Positions 1 to 6,718 of a stretch of 30,603 nucleotides of DNA are shown here, in pieces. The notes under the pieces were generated by a model, which did no database searches, was not told the origin of the DNA, and was given only the letters and a program-made list of their open reading frames with translations. The position numbers and the translations under genes are program-made. Source of the stretch: Bacillota bacterium (GTDB taxonomy: Bacteria; Bacillota; Limnochordia; Darwinibacteriales; Darwinibacteriaceae); the NCBI GenBank assembly GCA_012799115.1, contig JAAZLY010000276.1:1-30603 (forward strand), written 5' to 3'. How positions within the stretch are numbered: position 1 is the stretch's first letter; the number at the start of each line of letters is the position of its first letter.

Positions 1-1077
1 CCGCATGAGGCGAGCTAGCTCCAGTTCACGAGCAGGTACGAAACCTAACTCGATCTCGTACTCCTCGATCAAGCTCAAAAGAGCTGCCTCCCGGGAGTTT
101 AAAGCCATAGCCTCAACTTCCAGATTGATCAACGTACCGTATAGTTCCCGATGAATAGGATTTAGGGTTCTGGTCTCCGTACCAATTACCCGTTCTACTT
201 CGGCTGCCAATTTACTCGTGACATCGGCAATCTCAGCCTGTAATGCTACAACAGTAGGATGACGATCTGTATAGCGTTCTTTGGCACTGGCTAACTTGAT
301 CTCTAAGTCTGCCAATCGACTCTTAAACTCTCCAATAAACCGATTTTCGGCTATCGTCGTCGACGAAATCAAAGTCTCGTCCTCTTGGCTCAAGTTCGCC
401 CTGACGCGAATAATGCGCTCGGCTACCTCTTCTTTGCTTACAGTAACCTCGGTCAAGCTCGTCTCAAGCTTGGCCATACGCTCAATCATTGCGATTGTTT
501 CTTGCGAAGGTGCTAACACACCTTCGTCCTCTTTGTAAGAACGCAGGCGCTCTTCGGCAATCTTGAGCTCTTCCTCTACCGATTCAAGCTGGGCTTCTAT
601 AAAGACCCTTGCGGTACGTCTGTCTTCCTGCTGATAGCGTCGATTCCAGTTGATAAAGACGTCTGTTAAGGTATTCACCACATCCTGCGCCAAGGCAGGA
701 TTAGGCGACTGCATCGAAATCTGAAGCACATCGCTACCCTGAACAGGTTGAATCGTAATAATCTTGGCCAGCGTCCTAGAGGTCAACTCTTCCGAGCCTA
801 CCCGTTCAATTACTTCATCTAGAATATTTCTACTCTTCATGATCTGGATATAGTTCTGTGCGGTGTTTCTACCGCCTCCACCCATACCATCAAACAGCAT
901 CGATTGCATGGACGTTCCAGATTCCCTCACCATTACCGTTGTAAATGCCTCATAGATCGGTGTAGCAACAAAGCTATAGACGGTGACACCAAGGACGGTG
1001 ACGAGGAAAACTACAGCTATGAGTGTGCGTTTCTTGACGATGATTTCCCAATACTCTCGAAGATCCATTTCTTCCAT
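1..1077 (-). CDS. Wzz/GumC-type polysaccharide co-polymerase (chain-length determinant), N-terminal 359 aa; the C-terminal part runs off the left edge of the window
   Basis: Absent from the ORF track because no stop codon lies in the window. I translated the reverse strand by hand from ATG at 1077 (GGAGGTG about 12 nt upstream) and the frame stays open to nt 1. The product starts MEEMDLREYWEIIVKKRTLIAVVFLVTVLGVTVYSFVATPIYEAFTTVMVRE, which gives a Wzz-type N-terminal TM helix and the P-x-Y-x-A motif. Coiled-coil-rich sequence follows (...AQLESVEEELKIAEERLRSYKE...RHPTVVALQAEIADV...ELELARLMR). It sits 18 nt downstream of the Wza-like gene. Confidence 0.8.
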   Translation of the reverse strand, partial: MEEMDLREYWEIIVKKRTLIAVVFLVTVLGVTVYSFVATPIYEAFTTVMVRESGTSMQSMLFDGMGGGGRNTAQNYIQIMKSRNILDEVIERVGSEELTSRTLAKIITIQPVQGSDVLQISMQSPNPALAQDVVNTLTDVFINWNRRYQQEDRRTARVFIEAQLESVEEELKIAEERLRSYKEDEGVLAPSQETIAMIERMAKLETSLTEVTVSKEEVAERIIRVRANLSQEDETLISSTTIAENRFIGEFKSRLADLEIKLASAKERYTDRHPTVVALQAEIADVTSKLAAEVERVIGTETRTLNPIHRELYGTLINLEVEAMALNSREAALLSLIEEYEIELGFVPARELELARLMR

Positions 1078-1095
1078 TTCCAATGCCGTCACCTC

Positions 1096-3777
1096 CTATA
1101 ATCCGAAAATGTTGAGGATAGCACTCTTAAAGGAGCTAATTGCACCGACAAACCCAAAAATCTTGGTCCAATCAGGCTTACTTGTCTCAGGTACATAAAT
1201 GATATCTCCTGCCTGTAAGAGCGGATTTTCATTCGCATCACCTGTAAAGAGCACCTTATCCTTGCCCATGCTCACAATCTCTGAACCCTCAAGGGAGCCA
1301 TCGCGGTAAATTCCCACACTCTCAAGAGCAGCTCTCTCTTGAGGCCCCCCTGCCATAGTCAAGGCATCTAGCACTCGGGCACCAGCAGGTAAGTTGTACA
1401 CACCAGGACTCTTAACCATACCTAGTACTAGGATTTGATGCCTGGATGAAGGTACATAAAGGACATCTCCGCCCTCTAGGGGTAGGTTGTGATCACTTTG
1501 AGCGCTCATCAGATTCGCGTAGTTTACTTCCCAAATCTGTTCAACGTCTCCACTCTGCCTCGTTATAACGACGTTTTCCGATCCGGTGTTAGTTTGGAGA
1601 CCTCCAGCCGCGGCCAGGATATCCAAGAGACGTCCGCCAGGTTGTAGAGCATATGCCCCAGAGCGAGCCACACTGCCAAAGACCAGGACCATATTGTTCG
1701 CCCTAGGCACTGTAATTACTTCTCCACCCTTTAGGGGACGATTGTCGTTCATGTCTGACATGACATCTAGGTTTAGAATCTCGGTTTGCACACCCTCAGA
1801 GGTCTCAGTCGTAACTTGCACTTTCCTTGCATCAGCATTTGCGGTAAACCCGCCTGCTCGAGCAATGAGTTCTACGAAGTTCTGGCCCTTCGTGAAGACA
1901 TAATAGCCGGGGCTGCGTACTTCACCTAGTACAAGAACACTTCGTTCACTGCGGGGCACAATAATCACATCTCCGCCTTGAAGCAGCTTATCTGAAGCTA
2001 GGAAGCGATCTTCCATCAACAGGCTAAAATCGATGGTTTCTATTGTAGTACCATCCTGACTATGCCGGGTTAAGGATACTTCTTCATCATTTGCATTTGC
2101 AGTAAATCCACCCGCAAGCATAATGGCATCGAGTAGACCATCACCCGATCGGAAGTTGTAGTAACCTGGGCGCACCACTTCACCCATGACAATAATCCCT
2201 CGGTCCTCTGTGGGAACGATAATCACATCGCCACCCTGCAAAGGTATGTTCTGGGATAGATAGCGATTGGTCATGAGTTCGCTAAAGTCGACCATAATGA
2301 TTTCTGTACCCTCTGGCGATTGCCGACTAACAGAAACCTCATTCTGCCGTGCATTTACCGTGAGTCCGCCTGCCGAACCGATAACGTCTAACAAACGGTC
2401 ACCAGGACGAAATTGATAGTAACCAGGGCTACGTACTTCGCCAAGAACCAAGACTCGCCTATCCCCTTCAGGTATGTAAATGACATCGCGGGGTAGGACC
2501 CTTTCGTTTTGTAGACCAAGTCGCTCCAATGCCCCTAGGTTAAAGGTCGTAGCAATGCCATCCCGAGTTAACGTGAACTCATCGTTGGCGCGGTCGGTTG
2601 CGCCGCCTGCCCGAGCCAGTATGTCCAGCAAACGAGTATGCTCGTTCACTGCATAGGAACCGGGGCTTCTCACTTGTCCTAAGACTAGGGCATTTTGATA
2701 CCCCTCAGGTACGAAAATGAGATCGTCCGCCACTAAGCGGGGGTTTTCACCGCCTGTTTGGCCTTTCAAACCAGGTTCAACATTAACCAACATCACTTCG
2801 TCGTCGCCTTTACGGGTAATCGCGACTGCAGAGGCATCACCGGAGGGTAAGACGCCACCGGCTTGTGCCAAGATATCAATGAGATGGGTCTCTTTATGTA
2901 AAGTGTACAAACCTGGGGCGCGGACAGCACCTAGAACCATCACCTGTTTCTTCTTGGGAACAAAAACCACATCGTTGGGTTCAATCCTGATTGGCTTACC
3001 ACGCCCAGACATGAAGTTCTGGACATTAATCACTTGTTCCGTGGGTTCTCCGTCCACTTGGGTAGTAACGACAACATTCTCAAGATCTGCCGAATCCAAG
3101 GCACCACCCGCCAAGGCAAGGAGATCAAGAACATCAAGGCCACTACCTAGATCGTAACTGGTTGGTTGCCGAACCTCACCGAAGATGGTGGCCCGACCCG
3201 AAGCAGGAACAAAAACTACATCTCCTGTCTCAATCAAAGGGTTATCAGCTAGATGCCCAGTTTCTAGGAAGCGCTGAACATCTACTTGCAGGAGCTGGGC
3301 CTGCTCACCGCCATGTTCATCTAAGGTATATCTAGTAATGCTAACGCCACGCAAGTTAGCTGTACTCAGTTGCCCACCTGCATAGGCAAGTACGTCAACC
3401 AACCGTGCCCCGGCCATTAACTGATAATTGCCGGGCATCTCGACCTCACCTAGGACCTGTACTTGAAGAGTACGAAACCCACTTACAATCACGGTAACTT
3501 GCGGATTCTTAACAAACTCTGCCAGTGCCTCCCGCAGCTCTGCACCTAATTGACGAGGTGTTTTATCCACCGCCCACATTTCTCCGACCAAGGGAAACGT
3601 AATATAACCGTCAGGGCGAACGACGATCTCTGTCCTGAGCTCCTCATGTCCCCAAACGGATATACTTAAACCATCACCCACACCAAGGCGATATTCATTG
3701 GCATATCCTGCCTGACTCAAGGCCAGACTTGTGAGCAGTAGCATGACCACCACTATGCTTGTCCTTACGCTTTTCAT
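1096..3777 (-). CDS. Outer-membrane polysaccharide export (OPX, Wza-like) protein with an N-terminal Poly_export (PES) region, nine tandem SLBB-like domains and a C-terminal hydrophobic helix
   Basis: ORF 1096..3879 trimmed to ATG 3777 (GAGGTG about 10 nt upstream). This start gives the signal peptide MKSVRTSIVVVMLLLTSLALSQA|GYA. The PES-like segment reads YRLGVGDGLSISVWGHEEL..RPDGYITFPLVGEMWAVDKTPRQL. Nine repeats follow with the pattern (V/I)xVxGxVxxPGxY..LLDxIxxAGG..GDxIxVP. The C-terminal tail is WTKIFGFVGAISSFKSAILNIFGL. Confidence 0.85.
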   Translation of the reverse strand: MKSVRTSIVVVMLLLTSLALSQAGYANEYRLGVGDGLSISVWGHEELRTEIVVRPDGYITFPLVGEMWAVDKTPRQLGAELREALAEFVKNPQVTVIVSGFRTLQVQVLGEVEMPGNYQLMAGARLVDVLAYAGGQLSTANLRGVSITRYTLDEHGGEQAQLLQVDVQRFLETGHLADNPLIETGDVVFVPASGRATIFGEVRQPTSYDLGSGLDVLDLLALAGGALDSADLENVVVTTQVDGEPTEQVINVQNFMSGRGKPIRIEPNDVVFVPKKKQVMVLGAVRAPGLYTLHKETHLIDILAQAGGVLPSGDASAVAITRKGDDEVMLVNVEPGLKGQTGGENPRLVADDLIFVPEGYQNALVLGQVRSPGSYAVNEHTRLLDILARAGGATDRANDEFTLTRDGIATTFNLGALERLGLQNERVLPRDVIYIPEGDRRVLVLGEVRSPGYYQFRPGDRLLDVIGSAGGLTVNARQNEVSVSRQSPEGTEIIMVDFSELMTNRYLSQNIPLQGGDVIIVPTEDRGIIVMGEVVRPGYYNFRSGDGLLDAIMLAGGFTANANDEEVSLTRHSQDGTTIETIDFSLLMEDRFLASDKLLQGGDVIIVPRSERSVLVLGEVRSPGYYVFTKGQNFVELIARAGGFTANADARKVQVTTETSEGVQTEILNLDVMSDMNDNRPLKGGEVITVPRANNMVLVFGSVARSGAYALQPGGRLLDILAAAGGLQTNTGSENVVITRQSGDVEQIWEVNYANLMSAQSDHNLPLEGGDVLYVPSSRHQILVLGMVKSPGVYNLPAGARVLDALTMAGGPQERAALESVGIYRDGSLEGSEIVSMGKDKVLFTGDANENPLLQAGDIIYVPETSKPDWTKIFGFVGAISSFKSAILNIFGL
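1170..3468 (-). repeat. Tandem array of nine SLBB-domain-coding units (about 80-90 codons each) inside the OPX gene
   Basis: Repeat cores read from the translation: QVQVLGEVEMPGNY, ATIFGEVRQPTSY, VMVLGAVRAPGLY, ALVLGQVRSPGSY, VLVLGEVRSPGYY, IIVMGEVVRPGYY, VLVLGEVRSPGYY, VLVFGSVARSGAY, ILVLGMVKSPGVY. Units 5-7 (about 1700..2462) are the most similar to each other. By eye they are roughly half identical at protein level, with visible DNA-level similarity. Confidence 0.8.
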
Positions 3778-3840
3778 CCTGCTATGACACCTCAGATCAA
3801 TAATTGATAAGACCACTTGTCCCAAGTCCTTACATAAGAA

Positions 3841-3869
3841 GAACCGTGGAACCTTACGGACCGCGGTTC
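3841..3869 (-). other. Stem-loop in the 116-nt gap between the 313-aa gene and the OPX gene; possibly a weak terminator or processing/stability element
   Basis: GAACCGTGG (3841-3849) pairs with CCGCGGTTC (3861-3869), giving 9 bp including one G-U, with an 11-nt loop. On the minus strand only a weakly T-rich tail (TTCTTAT) follows, so this is not a canonical intrinsic terminator. Confidence 0.3.
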
Positions 3870-3893
3870 TCCAAATCACTATAATATGTCAGC

Positions 3894-4835
3894 CTACTGA
3901 TTAAGAGCGGGTCTAAAATAAAAGCCTAGAGTCGGCATCGCTCGGGAAGTTTCAACATAGAACTGTGTATTCGCTTCGATTTGAACATCCTTACCCCTAA
4001 TGAAGTAGCCGCTCACAAGACCTACCGGACCAAGCAGGATAATCCCTGCCATACTAGCACCAGCCGCAAGTTCCAGCGACCTGTTTCTCTCGGTAGCCTT
4101 CTCGTCTACCTTGAGAGGTACCTGGGTACCGTCGAGGGCTGTAATCTTGCCGAAATCAAGGACAATTCTGCCATCCTTACCTAGACGGGCTGCTGCAGTG
4201 ACCTCAGTTACAGTAGCTAGTCCGGTGGCTCCCACCGGTATAACAACGCGTCCACCAATCATGACATCCTCTACTACGCTATAAGGGATCTTGTCACCGA
4301 CTTGCGCATCGCCAGAACTAACGGATCGTAATAGAGCCACTTTTACCAAGGTCTGGACAGGCAATGCTACCTGCTGCACGTCGAGGGTAGTCGTCCCCCA
4401 GACGTCGAGCATGAGTCGTTCCGCCCTTTCTGAGATATTTCCAGGCTGGCCGGCGCCATACAAGACAAGTTCTAGGTTATCTAGCCGTTCAACCATGGGT
4501 TTCTCCCCAGTCAACGTCGCAGAGAATCCCCATTCAGCCAAGTTCAATAAGAGTTGTAGTCCCCCGTCCCCTTCGGAATCCTGGAGAAAGCTAAGGACCC
4601 GATCGATGCGCATTAGAACCGCACCTTCCTGTACCTTGCCATAGATGTCCATTTCTACTTTTTGGATACGATCTAGGAGTGATCCCTCTTGTGGATGACC
4701 GTAGAGCATCTCTTCCACAATGACCAAAGACCCTAGGGGAGTTACATTGGCTGATACCGAAGGCGAAAGTACGGGGAGGATAAGGGTGAGAACTAACATT
4801 ACAGCAAGAATCCGAGCAACACTCTTTTTCATCAT
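3894..4835 (-). CDS. Hypothetical exported protein (313 aa), family not recognised
   Basis: Signal peptide MMKKSVARILAVMLVLTLILPVLSPSVSA|NV, with GGAGGG 5-6 nt upstream of the ATGATG start. A motif occurs twice: LYGHPQEGSLLDRIQKVEMDIYG and LVLYGAGQPGNISERAERLMLDVWG. A beta-rich C-terminal half (GDKIPYSVVEDVMIGGRVVIPVGATGLATV..GRIVLDFGKITALDGTQVPL) is followed by a glycine-zipper-like hydrophobic segment (AAGASMAGIILLGPVGLVSGYF). It lies 14 nt downstream of the preceding gene, so co-transcription is likely. Confidence 0.6.
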   Translation of the reverse strand: MMKKSVARILAVMLVLTLILPVLSPSVSANVTPLGSLVIVEEMLYGHPQEGSLLDRIQKVEMDIYGKVQEGAVLMRIDRVLSFLQDSEGDGGLQLLLNLAEWGFSATLTGEKPMVERLDNLELVLYGAGQPGNISERAERLMLDVWGTTTLDVQQVALPVQTLVKVALLRSVSSGDAQVGDKIPYSVVEDVMIGGRVVIPVGATGLATVTEVTAAARLGKDGRIVLDFGKITALDGTQVPLKVDEKATERNRSLELAAGASMAGIILLGPVGLVSGYFIRGKDVQIEANTQFYVETSRAMPTLGFYFRPALNQ

Positions 4836-4849
4836 TCAACCCTCCAGGT

Positions 4850-6112
4850 TTAGAACTTAATGGAAAATGCTGCCTCCGCTTCGGTCCCAGGTTCCATATT
4901 GCTGAAGTCAATAAACCTGTAATTAAAGCGCAAGGAACTGTCATTTTTAAAGTCATATGTCAAGCCTAGTTCGGCCGCGCTAGCGCTCATGTTTACTTCC
5001 TCACTCGGCAATGAATTTCCTCCTACATTTGGAGAATTCCATTCCTGTGTCATGCCCAAATGAACCTGCCCTCTATTAATGGGAACGACTACACCTAGAG
5101 ACGTAACCAACGGTTTGTCTTCGTCCTCGTCTCCCACACTTTCTCGGCGACTTACTCCAGCATTCAAAGTGAAAAGGTCAGACCAATCCCAGCTCAACCC
5201 CACAGAGGTACTGGTTGTCTTTGGAACAAGTAATTCCCGATCTACGCTTAGATCCACCGCAGTCTCTAGAGCGAGATCACCTATCCGCATCGAGATTCCA
5301 TATCCAGTCATGCTGTCAGAATCTGCCGAGGTCGAATCGGTGCTTTCGAAGGAGGAACTACTCGTGCTACCGGGTCGCAAAGAACCGCTCACTTCAACAT
5401 TTCCAATTTGAATCACCGAGTTCTCTTCACTAACAGGTTCTAACATGCTAAAGCTCGAGGAGGAAGGCAATAATCCAGGGGCAGAAAACTGCCCAGTCCA
5501 CAGATTGCGAGGACTCATAGGTTCCGGCACAATCTGGGCGATAACCGCCTGAGTAGACGTTGCCTCATCGGTAGACTCAAAAGCCACCGATGATTGTTCT
5601 GCATTCTTTCGCGCGGCGGCTAAGACCTGTTCGGAATACAACAGTTTACGCTCGGCAAACAATCCCTCCACTCGGGTATCAGCAAAATTCTGGGCGTAGA
5701 GTAGTTTAAAGTCTTGAATGGCGTATCCAAGAATCTCTAACTCTTCAGCATACTCTAATACAAGGCGGTACAAAAGTTCCACTTCACTTGCAGTGAAGGC
5801 TTGTTCAGGACCAACCCTCTGATTATAGCTGAAAATCATGCTATCAAGGTAAACGTTTTGGCTCACACCGAAACGGCGAGACTGCATGCCATCGTCACCG
5901 CCTATGTGCTGCAAAAGCCGGGAGACCAAAAGAGCTCCCTGATTGCGATTCAGCCTGGCGGAGACCTCGAAACCCGGAATACCTCGTCCTCGGGCCAGCT
6001 CTGCGATGGCTGAGTAAGTCCAATCATCTTGAGGAGAACTGGCAGATACTAAGCCCTGCAAGCACACAAAAAAGACACAAAGAATAGCAAGAAACCAAAA
6101 GCGGCGTGGCAT
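4850..6112 (-). CDS. Putative outer-membrane protein with an SLH-like N-terminal domain, a helical and Ser/Thr-rich linker, and a small C-terminal beta-barrel
   Basis: ORF 4850..6130 starts at GTG inside a G-run. I trimmed it to ATG 6112, with GGGGGGAG 5 nt upstream. Signal peptide MPRRFWFLAILCVFFVCLQGLVSASS. SLH-like stretch DDWTYSAIAELARGRGIPGF..RNQGALLVSRLL. Low-complexity linker PGSTSSSSFESTDSTSADSDS. The final roughly 150 aa show alternating beta-strand patterns and end in the OMP-type terminus AAFSIKF. Confidence 0.6.
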   Translation of the reverse strand: MPRRFWFLAILCVFFVCLQGLVSASSPQDDWTYSAIAELARGRGIPGFEVSARLNRNQGALLVSRLLQHIGGDDGMQSRRFGVSQNVYLDSMIFSYNQRVGPEQAFTASEVELLYRLVLEYAEELEILGYAIQDFKLLYAQNFADTRVEGLFAERKLLYSEQVLAAARKNAEQSSVAFESTDEATSTQAVIAQIVPEPMSPRNLWTGQFSAPGLLPSSSSFSMLEPVSEENSVIQIGNVEVSGSLRPGSTSSSSFESTDSTSADSDSMTGYGISMRIGDLALETAVDLSVDRELLVPKTTSTSVGLSWDWSDLFTLNAGVSRRESVGDEDEDKPLVTSLGVVVPINRGQVHLGMTQEWNSPNVGGNSLPSEEVNMSASAAELGLTYDFKNDSSLRFNYRFIDFSNMEPGTEAEAAFSIKF

Positions 6113-6207
6113 CAGCTCTCCCCCCTTCACTATACTATCATAGTGTTTTCTCCAAGTGTTACCTAAATCCCTCTAAAGCGCAAGAACCCAAAAGATAACA
6201 CTTTCAA

Positions 6208-6645
6208 TCAGCTCTTGCACAAGAACCGCTCTGCCAAGATGACTGCAACATAATCATCATAGGGTTCAGGTGGCACTTGCATTGTAGTCGGAAGCAAGCG
6301 CCTCCATCCCTTGGGTTTGTGATCAATCCAATACCTGCTTCTTGCTTCCTCACTCGTGGCAAACTCGTCTACCAGGCTGATCGGAAGGTTGGGTAGTGCA
6401 GCCTTCAGATCCGCATGAAATTCCTTCGATCCGGTACCATCCCCCACGATGATCATATCAACATTGTATTCCTCGACCTTCGCTTTGACTACATCTCGAA
6501 AGGCGTTGCGTGAAATGACTTCTTTAGCAAGGATACCGCCTGATGAGACTACTGCTATACCGCACTTTTCCCTTCCTGGATCAACCCCTAAAACGATCAC
6601 CAAACCACCTCCGTCCTGCATCACAAATTTCGCCACTTCTACCAT
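6208..6645 (-). CDS. YqgF/RuvX-like RNase H-fold nuclease-domain protein (putative)
   Basis: The N-terminal motif LVIVLGVDPGREKCGIAVVS resembles the YqgF/RuvC-like first strand with its acidic residue. Later features are MIIVGDGTGSKEF and LVDEFATSEEAR. The start is uncertain: ATG 6645 has AGAAGG directly abutting it, and GTG 6636 or ATG 6621 are alternatives. Confidence 0.45.
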   Translation of the reverse strand: MVEVAKFVMQDGGGLVIVLGVDPGREKCGIAVVSSGGILAKEVISRNAFRDVVKAKVEEYNVDMIIVGDGTGSKEFHADLKAALPNLPISLVDEFATSEEARSRYWIDHKPKGWRRLLPTTMQVPPEPYDDYVAVILAERFLCKS

Positions 6646-6654
6646 CCTTCTGAG

Positions 6655-6686
6655 GGTAAAAAAGGTCCTCCATAAGGAGGACCTTT
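6655..6686 (-). terminator. Rho-independent terminator downstream of the OmpM-like gene
   Basis: Minus-strand RNA reads AAAGGUCCUCC-UUAU-GGAGGACCUUU, followed by UUUUA. That is a perfect 11-bp stem (6661-6671 with 6676-6686) and a 4-nt loop, and the + strand A-run 6658-6663 supplies the U tract. It lies 33 nt after the stop at 6719. Confidence 0.85.
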
Positions 6687-6718
6687 CGGTGTTTCATTCT
6701 GTCTAGGAAGCTAGGCTT

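Noticed and set aside
3778-3879. N-terminal extensions of track ORFs: 3879, 6130, 6645, 10420, 12767, 15698, 22091, 23927 and 25793.
   Set aside because: The track uses the longest ATG/GTG/TTG ORF. For most of these ORFs an internal start has a well-spaced GGAGG-type RBS and yields a proper signal peptide or family-typical N-terminus, so I used the shorter coordinates (3777, 6112, 10411, 12737, 15683, 22040, 23906, 25790). The exception is 6645, where no candidate start has a well-spaced SD; I kept 6645 and left that start unresolved.
4591-4956. 121-aa minus-strand ORF spanning the junction of the 313-aa and 426-aa genes.
   Set aside because: It is out of frame with, and overlaps, two better-supported genes. 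Its composition is Cys/Arg/Pro/Ser-rich and it has no RBS.
6128-6203. Inverted repeats in the gap upstream of the SLH-like barrel gene: CACTAT-n6-ATAGTG (6128-6145) and AAGTGTTA...TAACACTT (6154-6161 with 6196-6203). TATAGT/TATGAT -10-like hexamers are also present on the minus strand.
   Set aside because: The repeats are short (6-8 bp) and within chance expectation. The -35/-10 spacing is poor (15 nt, or weak hexamers). A promoter or operator here is possible but unsupported.
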